DNA from: Alphaproteobacteria bacterium
Lineage (GTDB): Bacteria; Pseudomonadota; Alphaproteobacteria; MPNO01
DNA length: 64,000 bases
Assembly (NCBI GenBank): GCA_964291675.2
Contig: OZ219866.1
Coordinates: forward strand, 1-64,000
Direction: 5' to 3'
The translations under genes and the position numbers were made by a program. Shown here piece after piece: positions 40,805 to 50,695 of the stretch. The notes beneath the pieces were generated by a model, which made no database searches, was not told the origin of the DNA, and worked only from the letters and a program-made list of their open reading frames with translations. The first letter of the stretch is position 1, and each line of letters begins with the position of its first letter.

Positions 40805-41992
40805 CTATCCGATCTGTCCCACGGTCTCCCTCACCGGCTTGATAGCACGGCTCATCCACTTGCCGTCTATCGACCGAAAGAACCCGCAACATTCGTCTCG
40901 CAGCATGCATCCGACACATTCCGGCAGATAGGTGTTCTTCCAGTCCGAGATGCTTTGTCTGGAATATGGCCGAAGTTCTACCGGCACCGTGCAAAGCGGA
41001 AAGTTGTACAAGGAAACGCTCATTCCCCGATTTGCGAGAAAGAATACCGCATCGCGCAGCGCGTCCATGCAGTCGACCGGATCGATCCATATCTTCTCGT
41101 AGTTGGCCCGCGCGAAACCGATCGGCTCCAGTCCCATGAACGCGACATGCCCTGCAAAGGTCAGGTTCCGGAATATGAAATACGCCAGTTCGCCGAGCCG
41201 TTCGACGTTGGGTCGCTGCACGACAACGCGGATTTCGATATCCGCCTCGTGCTTCGCCAGGTTGTGCAGCCCGGCCAGCGTCTCCTCCCAAGCGGTGTCG
41301 GCCTGGACGATGTAGTCGTGGATTTCCGGGCAGTCAGAGTAGAGCGGGATACCCCAAGTCAGGTTCGGGTGCCTGACAGCACAGGCCGTCCGGGCGAACG
41401 CCTCTTCGGCGAACCGCCTTCCGTTGGAGAGGATATGAAGGCCGGTGTCCGGTAGGAGGCGCCGAGCCCGATCCAGAACCACGAGCAGGTCGTCGCCAAG
41501 CAGGGTCGGCTCGCCGCCGCTGATGCCGAGCTGTGCCTCGTCCCGGTCCACCAGAGAAATCGTCTCCAGCATCTCGCCGACCAACCATCCGTCATCGACA
41601 TCACGCGGGGGCTGAGAGCACATGATGCAGAAGCTGTTGCACCGTTCCGTCGCGAGCAGAGTGTTGCTGTTAGACCCGCGCCGGTAGAGAACCGATACTC
41701 GGGAACTCCCCTCCACCAGACGAATGACGTCACCCGGCGCAACGACACCCGGCGTGCCGATCCGGTCGACTGCGATCCCGGCGGCCGAATCGCCTTCGAG
41801 AGCGCCGCCCGTCACGACGCCGGCCCAGGGCCCATCCACCTTCTCCGGCTCCTTGCCCTCCCGCCGATCGAGCCAGATCAGGCAACGTTCCGGGTCGATA
41901 TCGGATCGAACGGCTTCGTTCGCCGTGAGGACTTTCACGATCGCCCGGTCTTGCACACCTTGGACTCGGGCCCGGGTATGAAGAGGCAGCAT
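40805..41992 (-). CDS. hxsC: His-Xaa-Ser system radical SAM maturase HxsC
   Basis: TERCNSFCIMCSQPP, ISGGEPTL, MGLEPIGFA, SISDWKN, CxxC..CCGFF. Confidence 0.9.
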   Translation of the reverse strand: MLPLHTRARVQGVQDRAIVKVLTANEAVRSDIDPERCLIWLDRREGKEPEKVDGPWAGVVTGGALEGDSAAGIAVDRIGTPGVVAPGDVIRLVEGSSRVSVLYRRGSNSNTLLATERCNSFCIMCSQPPRDVDDGWLVGEMLETISLVDRDEAQLGISGGEPTLLGDDLLVVLDRARRLLPDTGLHILSNGRRFAEEAFARTACAVRHPNLTWGIPLYSDCPEIHDYIVQADTAWEETLAGLHNLAKHEADIEIRVVVQRPNVERLGELAYFIFRNLTFAGHVAFMGLEPIGFARANYEKIWIDPVDCMDALRDAVFFLANRGMSVSLYNFPLCTVPVELRPYSRQSISDWKNTYLPECVGCMLRDECCGFFRSIDGKWMSRAIKPVRETVGQIG

Positions 41993-41995
41993 GCC

Positions 41996-43501
41996 CTACA
42001 CCCGGTAACCGGCTGCGGACAGCTCGGATGCGTCTCGCCGGGTCATCCAGGAAAGGAACACCCGCAGCACATCGGGATCTCGTCCCGCCAATAGTTCGAA
42101 GACGATTCGGAACAGGCCGGTATGGCGGTGGCAGAACTCGCTTGTCGGCCGATGACCGACGGGGTTTCCCTGCGTCGCCACGTTGAAAACGGGATCGGCG
42201 CCGCAATAGGGAACGAACGCGCATTCCGAGCAGACCGGCAGCTTCTCTGCATCGCCCGCGTCCTCGATGATCTTCATGGCGTTCGATTGCCGGAGATCGG
42301 CCAACGAATCATGGACCGAGCCCATTCGGAAGCGGTCGTCGCCCATCTCCGCCAGCATTCGGCCCTCGTCCGAAACGTAGACCCCGCCATCGTAGTTGTA
42401 GACGAGCACGTTCCTGCCTGCGGCCGCGGGCGATTGCAGGTCGACATAGTCGGTCGGAAACGGTGTCAGGATTCTCGTCAACAGCAGGGTCGCGTACGAT
42501 TCCTCGATCCTCCGTCCCGCGAGGTTGACCTCGATCAGATAGTCCAGGGCCTCGCGGTAGAACCGCAGAAATTCGTCGCTCGTGTATCCCAGCTTGCGCC
42601 GGCTCTTCACGGCAAAGCCGAAGGGACTGATCGGCCGAAGCGAGATCGAGTCGAACCCCAGCTCCAGATAGGTATCCACGGTCTCGCGCGGATACCCCAG
42701 GCCATGCCGAGTGATCGTCGCCAACGCTGCCACGCGATCATGACCGCAGATCGCTCGCGCCCGCGCCATTCCCTCCACCGTTCGCTTGAACGAATCCCGC
42801 ATCGCATTGGGTCGGTTCGCGTCGTGAACGTGCTCCGGACCGTCGAGCGAGGTGGACAATTCGATCCGGTGGTCCCGGCAGAAGGCCAGCATGTCGTCCG
42901 TCATCAGGTGCAGGGTCGTCGCCATCACGAACCGCACCATCCTTTCGGCCACCCGAGCGCGCCGGGCCGCTTGCTTGACGATCCGCCGCACGAGGGGAAA
43001 GGCCAGCGCAGACTCACCGCCCTGAAACTCGATGGTCAGTGTCTCCGCCTTCGATTCGAACACCCGATCCAGAGCGGCATCCGCGGTCGCGTCGTCCATG
43101 TCGAATCCGCGCTCCCACGGGCGACGCGGCGACACCTGGCAGTAGTGGCAGCGATGGTCGCATCTCAGGGTCAGAACAAGAATGTGCAGCGCGGGGTCTT
43201 CCGTCGCGAAGTGCTTCCGCGTCCGTTGCTGCGCGGCCAGCCCCGGAAGAAACGGACCCCGCTCGGCATCGCAAACGATCTGCCGCGTCCGCAGATCGCG
43301 GTAGATCTCCGTTCCGGGTTCAAGCGTACCGTCGGTCAGCTTGCGGAAATCGTTCTCGGCCAGAAACAGATATTCCCCGACCGCAGACGTCACCAGAACC
43401 TGGCCCGGAAGAGTCGGCAGCCTGGTGTGTCTGAAAGGCAGGACCTCGTACGCTCGGGAGGGCGCCGCAAATTCCTTCGGATCGCGAAAGGCCGCGGTCA
43501 T
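41996..43501 (-). CDS. hxsB: His-Xaa-Ser system radical SAM/SPASM maturase HxsB
   Basis: LPFR N-terminus, TLRCDHRCHYCQVS, IEFQGGE, YVDLQSP, SDEGRML, CSECAFVPYCGADP. Confidence 0.9.
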   Translation of the reverse strand: MTAAFRDPKEFAAPSRAYEVLPFRHTRLPTLPGQVLVTSAVGEYLFLAENDFRKLTDGTLEPGTEIYRDLRTRQIVCDAERGPFLPGLAAQQRTRKHFATEDPALHILVLTLRCDHRCHYCQVSPRRPWERGFDMDDATADAALDRVFESKAETLTIEFQGGESALAFPLVRRIVKQAARRARVAERMVRFVMATTLHLMTDDMLAFCRDHRIELSTSLDGPEHVHDANRPNAMRDSFKRTVEGMARARAICGHDRVAALATITRHGLGYPRETVDTYLELGFDSISLRPISPFGFAVKSRRKLGYTSDEFLRFYREALDYLIEVNLAGRRIEESYATLLLTRILTPFPTDYVDLQSPAAAGRNVLVYNYDGGVYVSDEGRMLAEMGDDRFRMGSVHDSLADLRQSNAMKIIEDAGDAEKLPVCSECAFVPYCGADPVFNVATQGNPVGHRPTSEFCHRHTGLFRIVFELLAGRDPDVLRVFLSWMTRRDASELSAAGYRV

Positions 43502-43788
43502 TCCACGTCCAGCAGACAAGCGTTCATCTCCCTCATCGGTGCACCCCATTGAATCTCGAATCGGTTCGTTCCGGTCCGGCCCTTGGGACCAGCGTGGACT
43601 TCCTATACCCCTGCCTTCCCACCTTCGCACCCTCTTCCTCAGAACCCGCCGAACCGAAGCAACTGACCACAGCCAGAGCGGTACCCAACCAGCTGATTCG
43701 CCGCCCGGACGATCACTCATCCCTTGCACCGCTGGGCAGGTGGGTTAGCTTGACCATCGTTCAGGACAGATGGTGCTGCGCGGGGCCC

Positions 43789-44226
43789 ATGACGATTGCT
43801 CCCATCAATACAGGAGTGCCGCGGTGCCGGATGCTGCTTTGCGCTCAACTGATCGCGGCTATGGTCATCGCTATCGCCGCCCAGCTTCCCGCCCACGCCG
43901 ACGCCCCTCCGCCCGCCGTCGCCGCTCCGTCTGAGAAATCCGCCACGACCCTCAGCCACCGCAACGAGCGTAGTACCCCACGGGTCTCGGTCTTGCCTGC
44001 CAGTCCCGCGATTGCTCATGATCGCGAACAAACTGGAGATCGCCTCTCCGTCGGTCTCGCCAAAGCCGTCCTGCTACGCCTCGGATATCCGGTCGGCCGC
44101 TTGGACGACCGAACCACCGCGAAATTCAAGGCCGCGCTATTCCGGTACCAGCGCGCCCACGGCATCCCGTCCTCCGGTACTCTCGACGAGGCAACACTCC
44201 GGTCACTGGGAATCACCCCGAAATGA
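43789..44226 (+). CDS. Exported peptidoglycan-binding domain protein (start uncertain)
   Basis: Signal ending AHA; LLRLGYPVGRLD..AALFRYQRAHGIPSSGTLDEATLRSLG. Confidence 0.7.
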   Translation: MTIAPINTGVPRCRMLLCAQLIAAMVIAIAAQLPAHADAPPPAVAAPSEKSATTLSHRNERSTPRVSVLPASPAIAHDREQTGDRLSVGLAKAVLLRLGYPVGRLDDRTTAKFKAALFRYQRAHGIPSSGTLDEATLRSLGITPK

Positions 44227-44606
44227 AGCGCATCCTGCTTCCCCTGAATGCATTGGCCGTTCTCATCGTCCTCGCCTTCGGCGCCGACCGTTACTTGGCG
44301 CCCGTGATCGCGAAAGCGATCTATGCCGAGGATTACAGGAATCTGATGTATCAGTGCGACCACGTCATGCGCGAACACTTCATCGCCAAGCAAATGGTGC
44401 TGGCCTCGACGACCGAAGAGACGATTCGCAACCTGGAGGCCGCCGAAGTCGGTCTCACCACCTGCCACGAATACGACAAGCTGCGAAAGGAGATGATCCG
44501 CTGGGGGCTTTCCGAGAACTCGCTTGCCCGCATCGGTCTTGAAGCCATCGAAGAACGAGCCACGGACATCCGCAAGTTCGTCGAGATCCATGAAATCCGC
44601 TACTAG
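44223..44606 (+). CDS. His-Xaa-Ser system associated protein (TIGR03982-like)
   Basis: YQCDHVMREHFIAK..EVGLTTCHEYDKLRK; N-terminal TM/signal segment. Confidence 0.75.
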   Translation: MKRILLPLNALAVLIVLAFGADRYLAPVIAKAIYAEDYRNLMYQCDHVMREHFIAKQMVLASTTEETIRNLEAAEVGLTTCHEYDKLRKEMIRWGLSENSLARIGLEAIEERATDIRKFVEIHEIRY

Positions 44607-45825
44607 GCTCCTTCTTGCCGCCATCGCACTCACGATCGGGACCGCGGCCAGTGCCGCCGACAAGTCGTTTTCCGAGATTCTGCGTAATGCCGCACTTGCC
44701 AACGGCCTTCTGCCGCCCAAACAGCTCTTCGTAGACACCGATCAGCATCTGGCGGCCATCGGCAGGGCATTCTTCGAAAGCAAGAACCTGAGCCTGAACG
44801 GCCGGATTGCTTGTCGGACGTGCCATCTCGACGCCTTCAGCTCGGGCGACGGGCTGCCGAATGCCGTGGGCATCTTCGGCACCGGCGAGGGACCGGTGCG
44901 AGCATTCAGCGAGGGGAAGATCGTCCCTCGGAATACTCTCCCGCTCTGGGGACGCGGGGGCCAGGGATTCGATGTCTTCTTCTGGGACGGGAAGGTCGAC
45001 TTCTCCGGACAACGACCGCTGAGCCAGTTCGGTGCCGATGTACCTTCATCCGATCCACTGTTGACCGCGGTCCACCTTCCACCCGTCGAGATTCGCGAGA
45101 TGATCGACGACGACGCCGATGTATCGCGATTCAAAACCGAGTCCCCGGCGCAAGCTCACCGCCTGTACGCGCGGATCCTGACTCGCCTTCTCGAGACGGA
45201 ACAAGCAGCAATGGAGGACCTCGCCACCAACCTAAACAAACAGCCTAACGAACTTGCCTTCAGCGATGTGGCACGATCGATTGCCGCCTTCATACGTTCG
45301 GAGTTCCGCCTTCACGATACCGACTTTCATCGGTTCGTCTTTGGAGACGGCCCACTTTCCCGTGACGAAATCCAAGGGGGGTTGATCTTTTATGGCAAGG
45401 GGAAGTGCGTCAATTGCCACACCGGACCTTATTTCTCGGACCTTCGGTTCCACGCCATTCCATTTCCACAGCTCGGATTTGGGAAGAACGGTTTTGGAAT
45501 TGACTACGGCCGCTTCAATGTCACCTTCGATCCTGACGATCTATACAAATTCCGCACGCCGCCACTCTTCAATGTCGCATCCACGTCACCCTATGGTCAC
45601 TCCGGTTCTCTTTCGGTGCTTCGTGATGCAATAGTAGGCCATTTTGACCCTCTTCGAAATTTGGACACCGATGCGATGACCCCATTATCACGCCATGAGT
45701 ACTACAAGAGAATGGCTGCGGTCGGTGCCGACTTCAGACTCTTCAGTGTCCTCACGGATCAAGAAGTTGCATTGGTCATTGAGTTCCTCAAGACGCTCAG
45801 CTTCTCTTCTCACGCTTCCAGATGA
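44590..45825 (+). CDS. His-Xaa-Ser system MauG-like di-heme cytochrome c peroxidase (TIGR03981-like)
   Basis: Signal peptide; CRTCH and CVNCH; FWDG; FRTPPL..PYGHSG. Confidence 0.88.
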   Translation: MKSATRLLLAAIALTIGTAASAADKSFSEILRNAALANGLLPPKQLFVDTDQHLAAIGRAFFESKNLSLNGRIACRTCHLDAFSSGDGLPNAVGIFGTGEGPVRAFSEGKIVPRNTLPLWGRGGQGFDVFFWDGKVDFSGQRPLSQFGADVPSSDPLLTAVHLPPVEIREMIDDDADVSRFKTESPAQAHRLYARILTRLLETEQAAMEDLATNLNKQPNELAFSDVARSIAAFIRSEFRLHDTDFHRFVFGDGPLSRDEIQGGLIFYGKGKCVNCHTGPYFSDLRFHAIPFPQLGFGKNGFGIDYGRFNVTFDPDDLYKFRTPPLFNVASTSPYGHSGSLSVLRDAIVGHFDPLRNLDTDAMTPLSRHEYYKRMAAVGADFRLFSVLTDQEVALVIEFLKTLSFSSHASR

Positions 45826-45983
45826 TGTAAGGCCCCGTCTCGCGCATCGGCGGCGCTCCTCTGCGCGTACGTCCCCGTGCCGGGCCTGCCACTCGGCTTT
45901 CACCAGCAGTCCGGGCACATCCTCCTAGATACATCCTCCTGCTAAGACAGCTATCTGCTAGAGCAACTCCTTTCGAAGCATAC

Positions 45984-46853
45984 TCACGTAGCACTTCGTT
46001 GGTATTTGTTGAGCTCATACGCGATAATAAGCGGCGCTCGGCATAGGCGACTTTCCTCCTGAAGCAACTCAGCCAGCTCGCCTTCAAGATGTTCATCGCC
46101 AATTGCAAGATACATCAGAATTAGACTGTCAAGGTCCAATAGCTCAGTTGGCCGCAATAGCATCTGCCAATTGTACGTGTCCTTCATGGCCACCCGAATA
46201 TTCTCAGCTCGAACCGAGTAAAGAGTGCGCAGACTTCTGGTCAATAGCTCGGAAGAAGACGACAGGTTTAGCTCCTCTTCGCCAACTAGCCCGCCGGCTA
46301 TTGCTACGTACACATCTACAGATATGCCAGTGGCGCCTACCGGGTAACTCCCGCTGTGTTCGAGCACCATGCGCATTGACGGTGCAACGGAAGATTGTTC
46401 CTGCACCTTGTTTTTGACCAAGAGCAGATCCGATTGCAGGAGTGCGAGCATTTGGTACGGTGAACGTTGACTAACATTAAACATTGGCCTATCGTCGTCT
46501 TGTATGTCAGAAGCGGATACTCTAACTTCTTGATATCGTACTCGCTCAATAAGATTTGAATAACGTCCAAGTATTTCTTGCGGCCTCACGCTATCTGCAA
46601 GAGCCACTAACGCAGCCCCCTCTACCAAATCTACCTCGAGCAACTCCTTTCCAGCTAAGAGCAGATCCTCGCATGCTTGCCGCGTACGGCCCATCAATAA
46701 CTCTATGCAAGCAGCATCCCGCAACAGTGTCGCAGCACAGGCTCTGCTATGTCTATTCTCCTGTTCAACTTCAAGATGCGCATTCGCCCTTGAACGCAGA
46801 AAGCTGATACGTCGCAATAAGCGTTCACCTTCAATGCCAGGAACTTCAATCAC
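45984..46853 (-). CDS. Helical hypothetical protein coupled to the ART gene
   Basis: GTG start overlaps the ART stop (TAGTG); Leu/Ala-rich, TPR-like ATLLRDAACIELLMGR. Confidence 0.7.
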   Translation of the reverse strand: MIEVPGIEGERLLRRISFLRSRANAHLEVEQENRHSRACAATLLRDAACIELLMGRTRQACEDLLLAGKELLEVDLVEGAALVALADSVRPQEILGRYSNLIERVRYQEVRVSASDIQDDDRPMFNVSQRSPYQMLALLQSDLLLVKNKVQEQSSVAPSMRMVLEHSGSYPVGATGISVDVYVAIAGGLVGEEELNLSSSSELLTRSLRTLYSVRAENIRVAMKDTYNWQMLLRPTELLDLDSLILMYLAIGDEHLEGELAELLQEESRLCRAPLIIAYELNKYQRSAT

Positions 46854-47476
46854 TAGAATAGATCCCTGATGTTGCTCAAGGGGTCGGGGCTGATATAGTC
46901 TAAATTGATCCACTCTTGTTGAGGTTGTCTTTGGTTATAGTTGCCGTCCCACCATTCGATCTTTTTTATTTGGTTTGCTGGAATGTGTATTTTCGCCGTC
47001 ACTTCTCCTTCAAGCTGATACGGTGACCACCGTCGGTAAATGTTGATATCGCGGACGGGCTCCGCCACCAAAGACAACGGTACCGCCCTATTGTGGCTCG
47101 TGGGAACCCAAAGATAAAAGAGCGCGCCTGGTCGCACCCAATCGCCTGTTGCGAACAACAGTGCAGTATCGATTGCTGACAATGCATACGTCCGCCGATG
47201 AAATACGTTTCGATCTACAGCCCCACACGCCAAGGAAATAAACGGACTGTAATTTCCGTAATTCGCATAGTCATGCAAATGGCGATCAAGATTTTTCTCA
47301 GTTAGTACCGCAGCAACTTGCGACGGCGTAATCGCCCCCTTCCGGTGCCACCAGTTCGAAAGGATGCCCTCACCGCTTCGAACTAAGTCGATTGCGGCTT
47401 GCCACGTCAAACCAGCATCTTCGTCTGTTGATCCTGCTATCCCCTTTACACAATATTGAATGTACAACGTCAGCAT
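46853..47476 (-). CDS. Putative cholera/pertussis-like ADP-ribosyltransferase
   Basis: LDRH, SPFISL, WSPYQLEGEVTAKIHIPANQI (cf. cholera toxin A YSPHPDEQEVSALGGIPYSQI). Confidence 0.65.
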   Translation of the reverse strand: MLTLYIQYCVKGIAGSTDEDAGLTWQAAIDLVRSGEGILSNWWHRKGAITPSQVAAVLTEKNLDRHLHDYANYGNYSPFISLACGAVDRNVFHRRTYALSAIDTALLFATGDWVRPGALFYLWVPTSHNRAVPLSLVAEPVRDINIYRRWSPYQLEGEVTAKIHIPANQIKKIEWWDGNYNQRQPQQEWINLDYISPDPLSNIRDLF

Positions 47477-47536
47477 CCCCTTGCGCTTAAGCTTGTGGAA
47501 CTTTGCGTCATCCCCTCAGTGCCGTTAGCAAACACG

Positions 47537-48352
47537 TTAGTACCCATCCCGCAGCTTTCTGTTAATGCTTTTCAGTTGATACCAGCGATCAGTTTTCTGA
47601 CGCATCTGCTTTTCAAGTTGCTGCAATCTTCCAAGGTCAGCTGGAGTGAAATCGTTGATTCCTTCCCGGTCTACATGCCCGTGCAATACTCGAAGAGCCC
47701 AATACTGCACGAATGGTTGAGAGGAATGCTCAATCGTTTCAATCAGCATGACGGGCCTGACACTTTCAGGATGCGACCGCAGCCAAGCAAGCGCTGCAAT
47801 CTGGTACCCTGCGTCTTCGTCCGATAACCAAGCTGCAATATTGCTTTGCTCCGCAGGAATTTTTTTCGCAGCGGCTTCGAGTTGCCCAAAGATTTCGGTC
47901 ATCCTCGCGGTGCGCTCTGACCCCGACGGCATGGACTCCCGTATTGCAACATACTGTCGCGACAACTTCCTTAGCACTTGAATTGCGCCAGCGTGATCCT
48001 CGTCAGTTGCAGAGGATGTCGCAGGCGTCGGTCGTGATTCCGTTGAGTCCTGGATGGTTTGTGTGGCGCTCCGGGATATAGCTAATTCCTCGACCAGTTC
48101 GCGGGTGCCATGAGCTGTTGCTGTGGCTTCGTCAGTTCGTTCTTCAACGGATCGGAATTTTGCTTTGAATCCGCTAAATTGAAATTCCTCGAAGCAAGAT
48201 ACTAGCCAAGGTAACGCGATGATACCAGCGAAGCCAAGCGCGACAAAGTCCAAGCGGCTAACTAAAGCGTTAGGTAACCAGCAAGGAGCCGTTACATAAA
48301 GAAGCAGCCCGATAGCTCCGATGCCTGGCAATACAATACGTGGATTCGTCAT
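47537..48352 (-). CDS. 2-TM membrane protein with helical cytoplasmic domain
   Basis: Two N-terminal hydrophobic segments, EEFQFSGFKAKF, YVAIRESMPSGSERTARM. Confidence 0.75.
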   Translation of the reverse strand: MTNPRIVLPGIGAIGLLLYVTAPCWLPNALVSRLDFVALGFAGIIALPWLVSCFEEFQFSGFKAKFRSVEERTDEATATAHGTRELVEELAISRSATQTIQDSTESRPTPATSSATDEDHAGAIQVLRKLSRQYVAIRESMPSGSERTARMTEIFGQLEAAAKKIPAEQSNIAAWLSDEDAGYQIAALAWLRSHPESVRPVMLIETIEHSSQPFVQYWALRVLHGHVDREGINDFTPADLGRLQQLEKQMRQKTDRWYQLKSINRKLRDGY

Positions 48353-48734
48353 TAGTTTAATCCTACAAGTGACACCGGGAAATGTCTCCGATTTTCGTTA
48401 CCCTCCATGGACTCTCTGGTGCAATCTTAGAAATTGTCGAATGCTCTTTTCGTTGCATCTTATCCACAAGACATCCAAATGGGAGGTATTCGCGTCCTCG
48501 TTTCTCCAAAATTGATTGAAGCTGCATTCACGATCTCCTTGCCTCATACGCCATCCAGCATCCAGACCGGTAGCAGGCCAGCCGTCAACCCCACGGCTGG
48601 CCTGGGCTTTGCCGGCGCCGCCCCGGCAGCCAGCAGCGGGTCCGTAATCGCACAGTAATCGGCCGAATTCCACACCCAGGCGGCCTGAGTCGTCGCCGTT
48701 CACTGTCCGGCCTGTTCCTCGCGGTACGCCTCAT

Positions 48735-49919
48735 TCAGTGACCCGCCCTGCCTTCTTGGGAGAGTTCGACGTCGAACGCCAGGAAGCGGTCGAAGAGGGC
48801 GGTCTTGCGCCAGCCCACCTCCCCCGCATCCGGAGGCCCCCGGTACTCGAGCAGCCCGAACCAGCGCAGCGGCCCCAGCACGCGGCCCGCGAACATCGTG
48901 CCCTCCGCGTTCCAGTGCAGGCCCGCGATGGAATCGTCGCGAACCGTGGTCAGCGTCCTGAGCGTGTCCACGCTTTGCCATTCGCCCGCCACGTTCGAAA
49001 GCCCCCAGAGAGTCACGCCGATATCGTCCTGCGGCCACCGGCCCGGCAGCCCGCGGGGGAAGGTCTCCACGAATTGCGAGAGGTTCGCGTGCCAATAGAG
49101 GTGCCTGAACAGGAGCGCCTGGAGCGCGCCGCGTCTTCCGGGCTCGAGCATCTCGCGCCCCAGGGGCGTCAACTGGCACAGCACTACCTCCCCTTCGACA
49201 AGCCCGGCCAGGTCCATCAGCCGGTGCAGCAGGTGAAGCTCCCACACGTCGCCCTCGCGCAGCGCCTTTCCGGCACGAAATTGCTCGGTCGCCTCCATCC
49301 CCGGCCAGGTCATCGCCTCGCGCATCGCCGCAACCATGTCGCGCCCGAAATGCCCCTTGTCGGTGAGCCTCGGCAGGAACTCGTCGTTGATTTGCTGTAG
49401 CGCGATCAGCACATTGGCAACGAACGCCGATTCCGCGAACGCCTCGTCGGGCAGATCGGCCGCGAGGCGCAGTGCCGGGTTGTCCGCCAGGGGCTCGGCC
49501 CGCAGCGCCTCCATGCTGTCGGGCTCCAGCAGCGTCCAGACCGGCTCCACGCCGCCCGGCCAGTCCGACATCTCCAGCATCGCGCCTGCGCTGCCGGGCC
49601 GGTCATGGAGGGCGTCGCCCGGAACTGCCTGCTCCGCCTGCCAGCCCCGCTTCACCGCCTCCCTCAGCCGTTTCGCCGCCCTGAACGACGGCAATTTCGA
49701 GGCCGGTATCGGCACGCTCTCGCCGGTGCGCGGATTCCTGCCCATACGCGCGGCGCGGCTTCGCGTCCCGAACGTACCGAACCCCGCGATCCGCACGTCC
49801 TCTTCCTTCGCGAGCCCCTCCGCGATCGCCTCGAAAACGGTGTCGACAGCGCCTTCCGCAGTGAACTTGTTGAGACCCATCCGCGCGGCCACGCGGGCGA
49901 CGATCGCCGATTTGTTCAT
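48735..49919 (-). CDS. HU/IHF domain fused to an uncharacterised ~290-aa domain
   Basis: MNKSAIV..VRIAGFGTF..GRNPRTGE..PSFRAAKRLREAV with no stop before the second domain. Confidence 0.85.
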   Translation of the reverse strand: MNKSAIVARVAARMGLNKFTAEGAVDTVFEAIAEGLAKEEDVRIAGFGTFGTRSRAARMGRNPRTGESVPIPASKLPSFRAAKRLREAVKRGWQAEQAVPGDALHDRPGSAGAMLEMSDWPGGVEPVWTLLEPDSMEALRAEPLADNPALRLAADLPDEAFAESAFVANVLIALQQINDEFLPRLTDKGHFGRDMVAAMREAMTWPGMEATEQFRAGKALREGDVWELHLLHRLMDLAGLVEGEVVLCQLTPLGREMLEPGRRGALQALLFRHLYWHANLSQFVETFPRGLPGRWPQDDIGVTLWGLSNVAGEWQSVDTLRTLTTVRDDSIAGLHWNAEGTMFAGRVLGPLRWFGLLEYRGPPDAGEVGWRKTALFDRFLAFDVELSQEGRAGH

Positions 49920-49981
49920 GTCTCCGGTTCCTCCGATCCCGCCCCGCGCCGCTTTCGCCGTTCGACCACGCCGGATTCGCA

Positions 49982-50371
49982 TCAGCCCTTCTTGCGCCGG
50001 ACCCGGGCGTATTCCTTCACAAAGTGCATCAGCACCTTGTCGAGCTTCGGCCTGTCCCAGTGGTAGCTCTGCGGCCGCACGAATTCGGTCCAGGCCACGA
50101 AATCAGGGTCCTCGCCCTTCACGAAAAACGTGTACATCTTGTTTACGATCTCGCGCATCAGGTCGCGCATTTCGTTCTCGTCGAACCGCGACACCTCCGG
50201 CCAGGGAATGCGCCGGCCTTCGGCGTCGACCACGACGACGTCCGAATAGTCTCCTGTCCGCGTGATCGGCGTCGCGCCGCGGTGCAGCGTTTCCAGCATG
50301 GATTGCCTGACGCACACCAGCGCCAGGATTCTGACGAAGGCCGGAACCCCCCGGCGTGCCTTCGCGTCCAT
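49982..50371 (-). CDS. Hypothetical protein
   Basis: CVRQSMLETLHRG..TGDYSDVVVVDAEGRRIPWPEVSRF..MRDLM; coding-like codon usage. Confidence 0.7.
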   Translation of the reverse strand: MDAKARRGVPAFVRILALVCVRQSMLETLHRGATPITRTGDYSDVVVVDAEGRRIPWPEVSRFDENEMRDLMREIVNKMYTFFVKGEDPDFVAWTEFVRPQSYHWDRPKLDKVLMHFVKEYARVRRKKG

Positions 50372-50695
50372 CACGGTGTCCAACTCCCCCTGTCTTGCAT
50401 CGCCCGCAACGCCGTAGCGCGACCGCCCGGACAACTCACGACCCGCAGTTAGCACTCCGGCGCCGCGCCCCGCAACAACGCCCGCGCCGCGCCTCCCGTT
50501 CCCTTCCGCCGGTCCCGGCAGGGCCCGCCCGGGCGCTTCCCCGCCGCGATCCCGCTGCGCGTTTCCGGTCCCGCACCGACCGCGATCGCCGCCCCAGGCC
50601 CGCGGCGCGCCGGCAGGAGGCGGTGGCCGGCCTCGGCGGGGCGCATTCCGGGGCCGCGGAGCGGCCTCTCGCGTCACCGCCGGGGAGACCAACCC

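Noticed and set aside
43502-43729. N-terminal extension of HxsB or a hidden hxsD
   Set aside because: The translation looks non-coding and HxsB similarity starts at MTAAF (43501); probably the divergent promoter region
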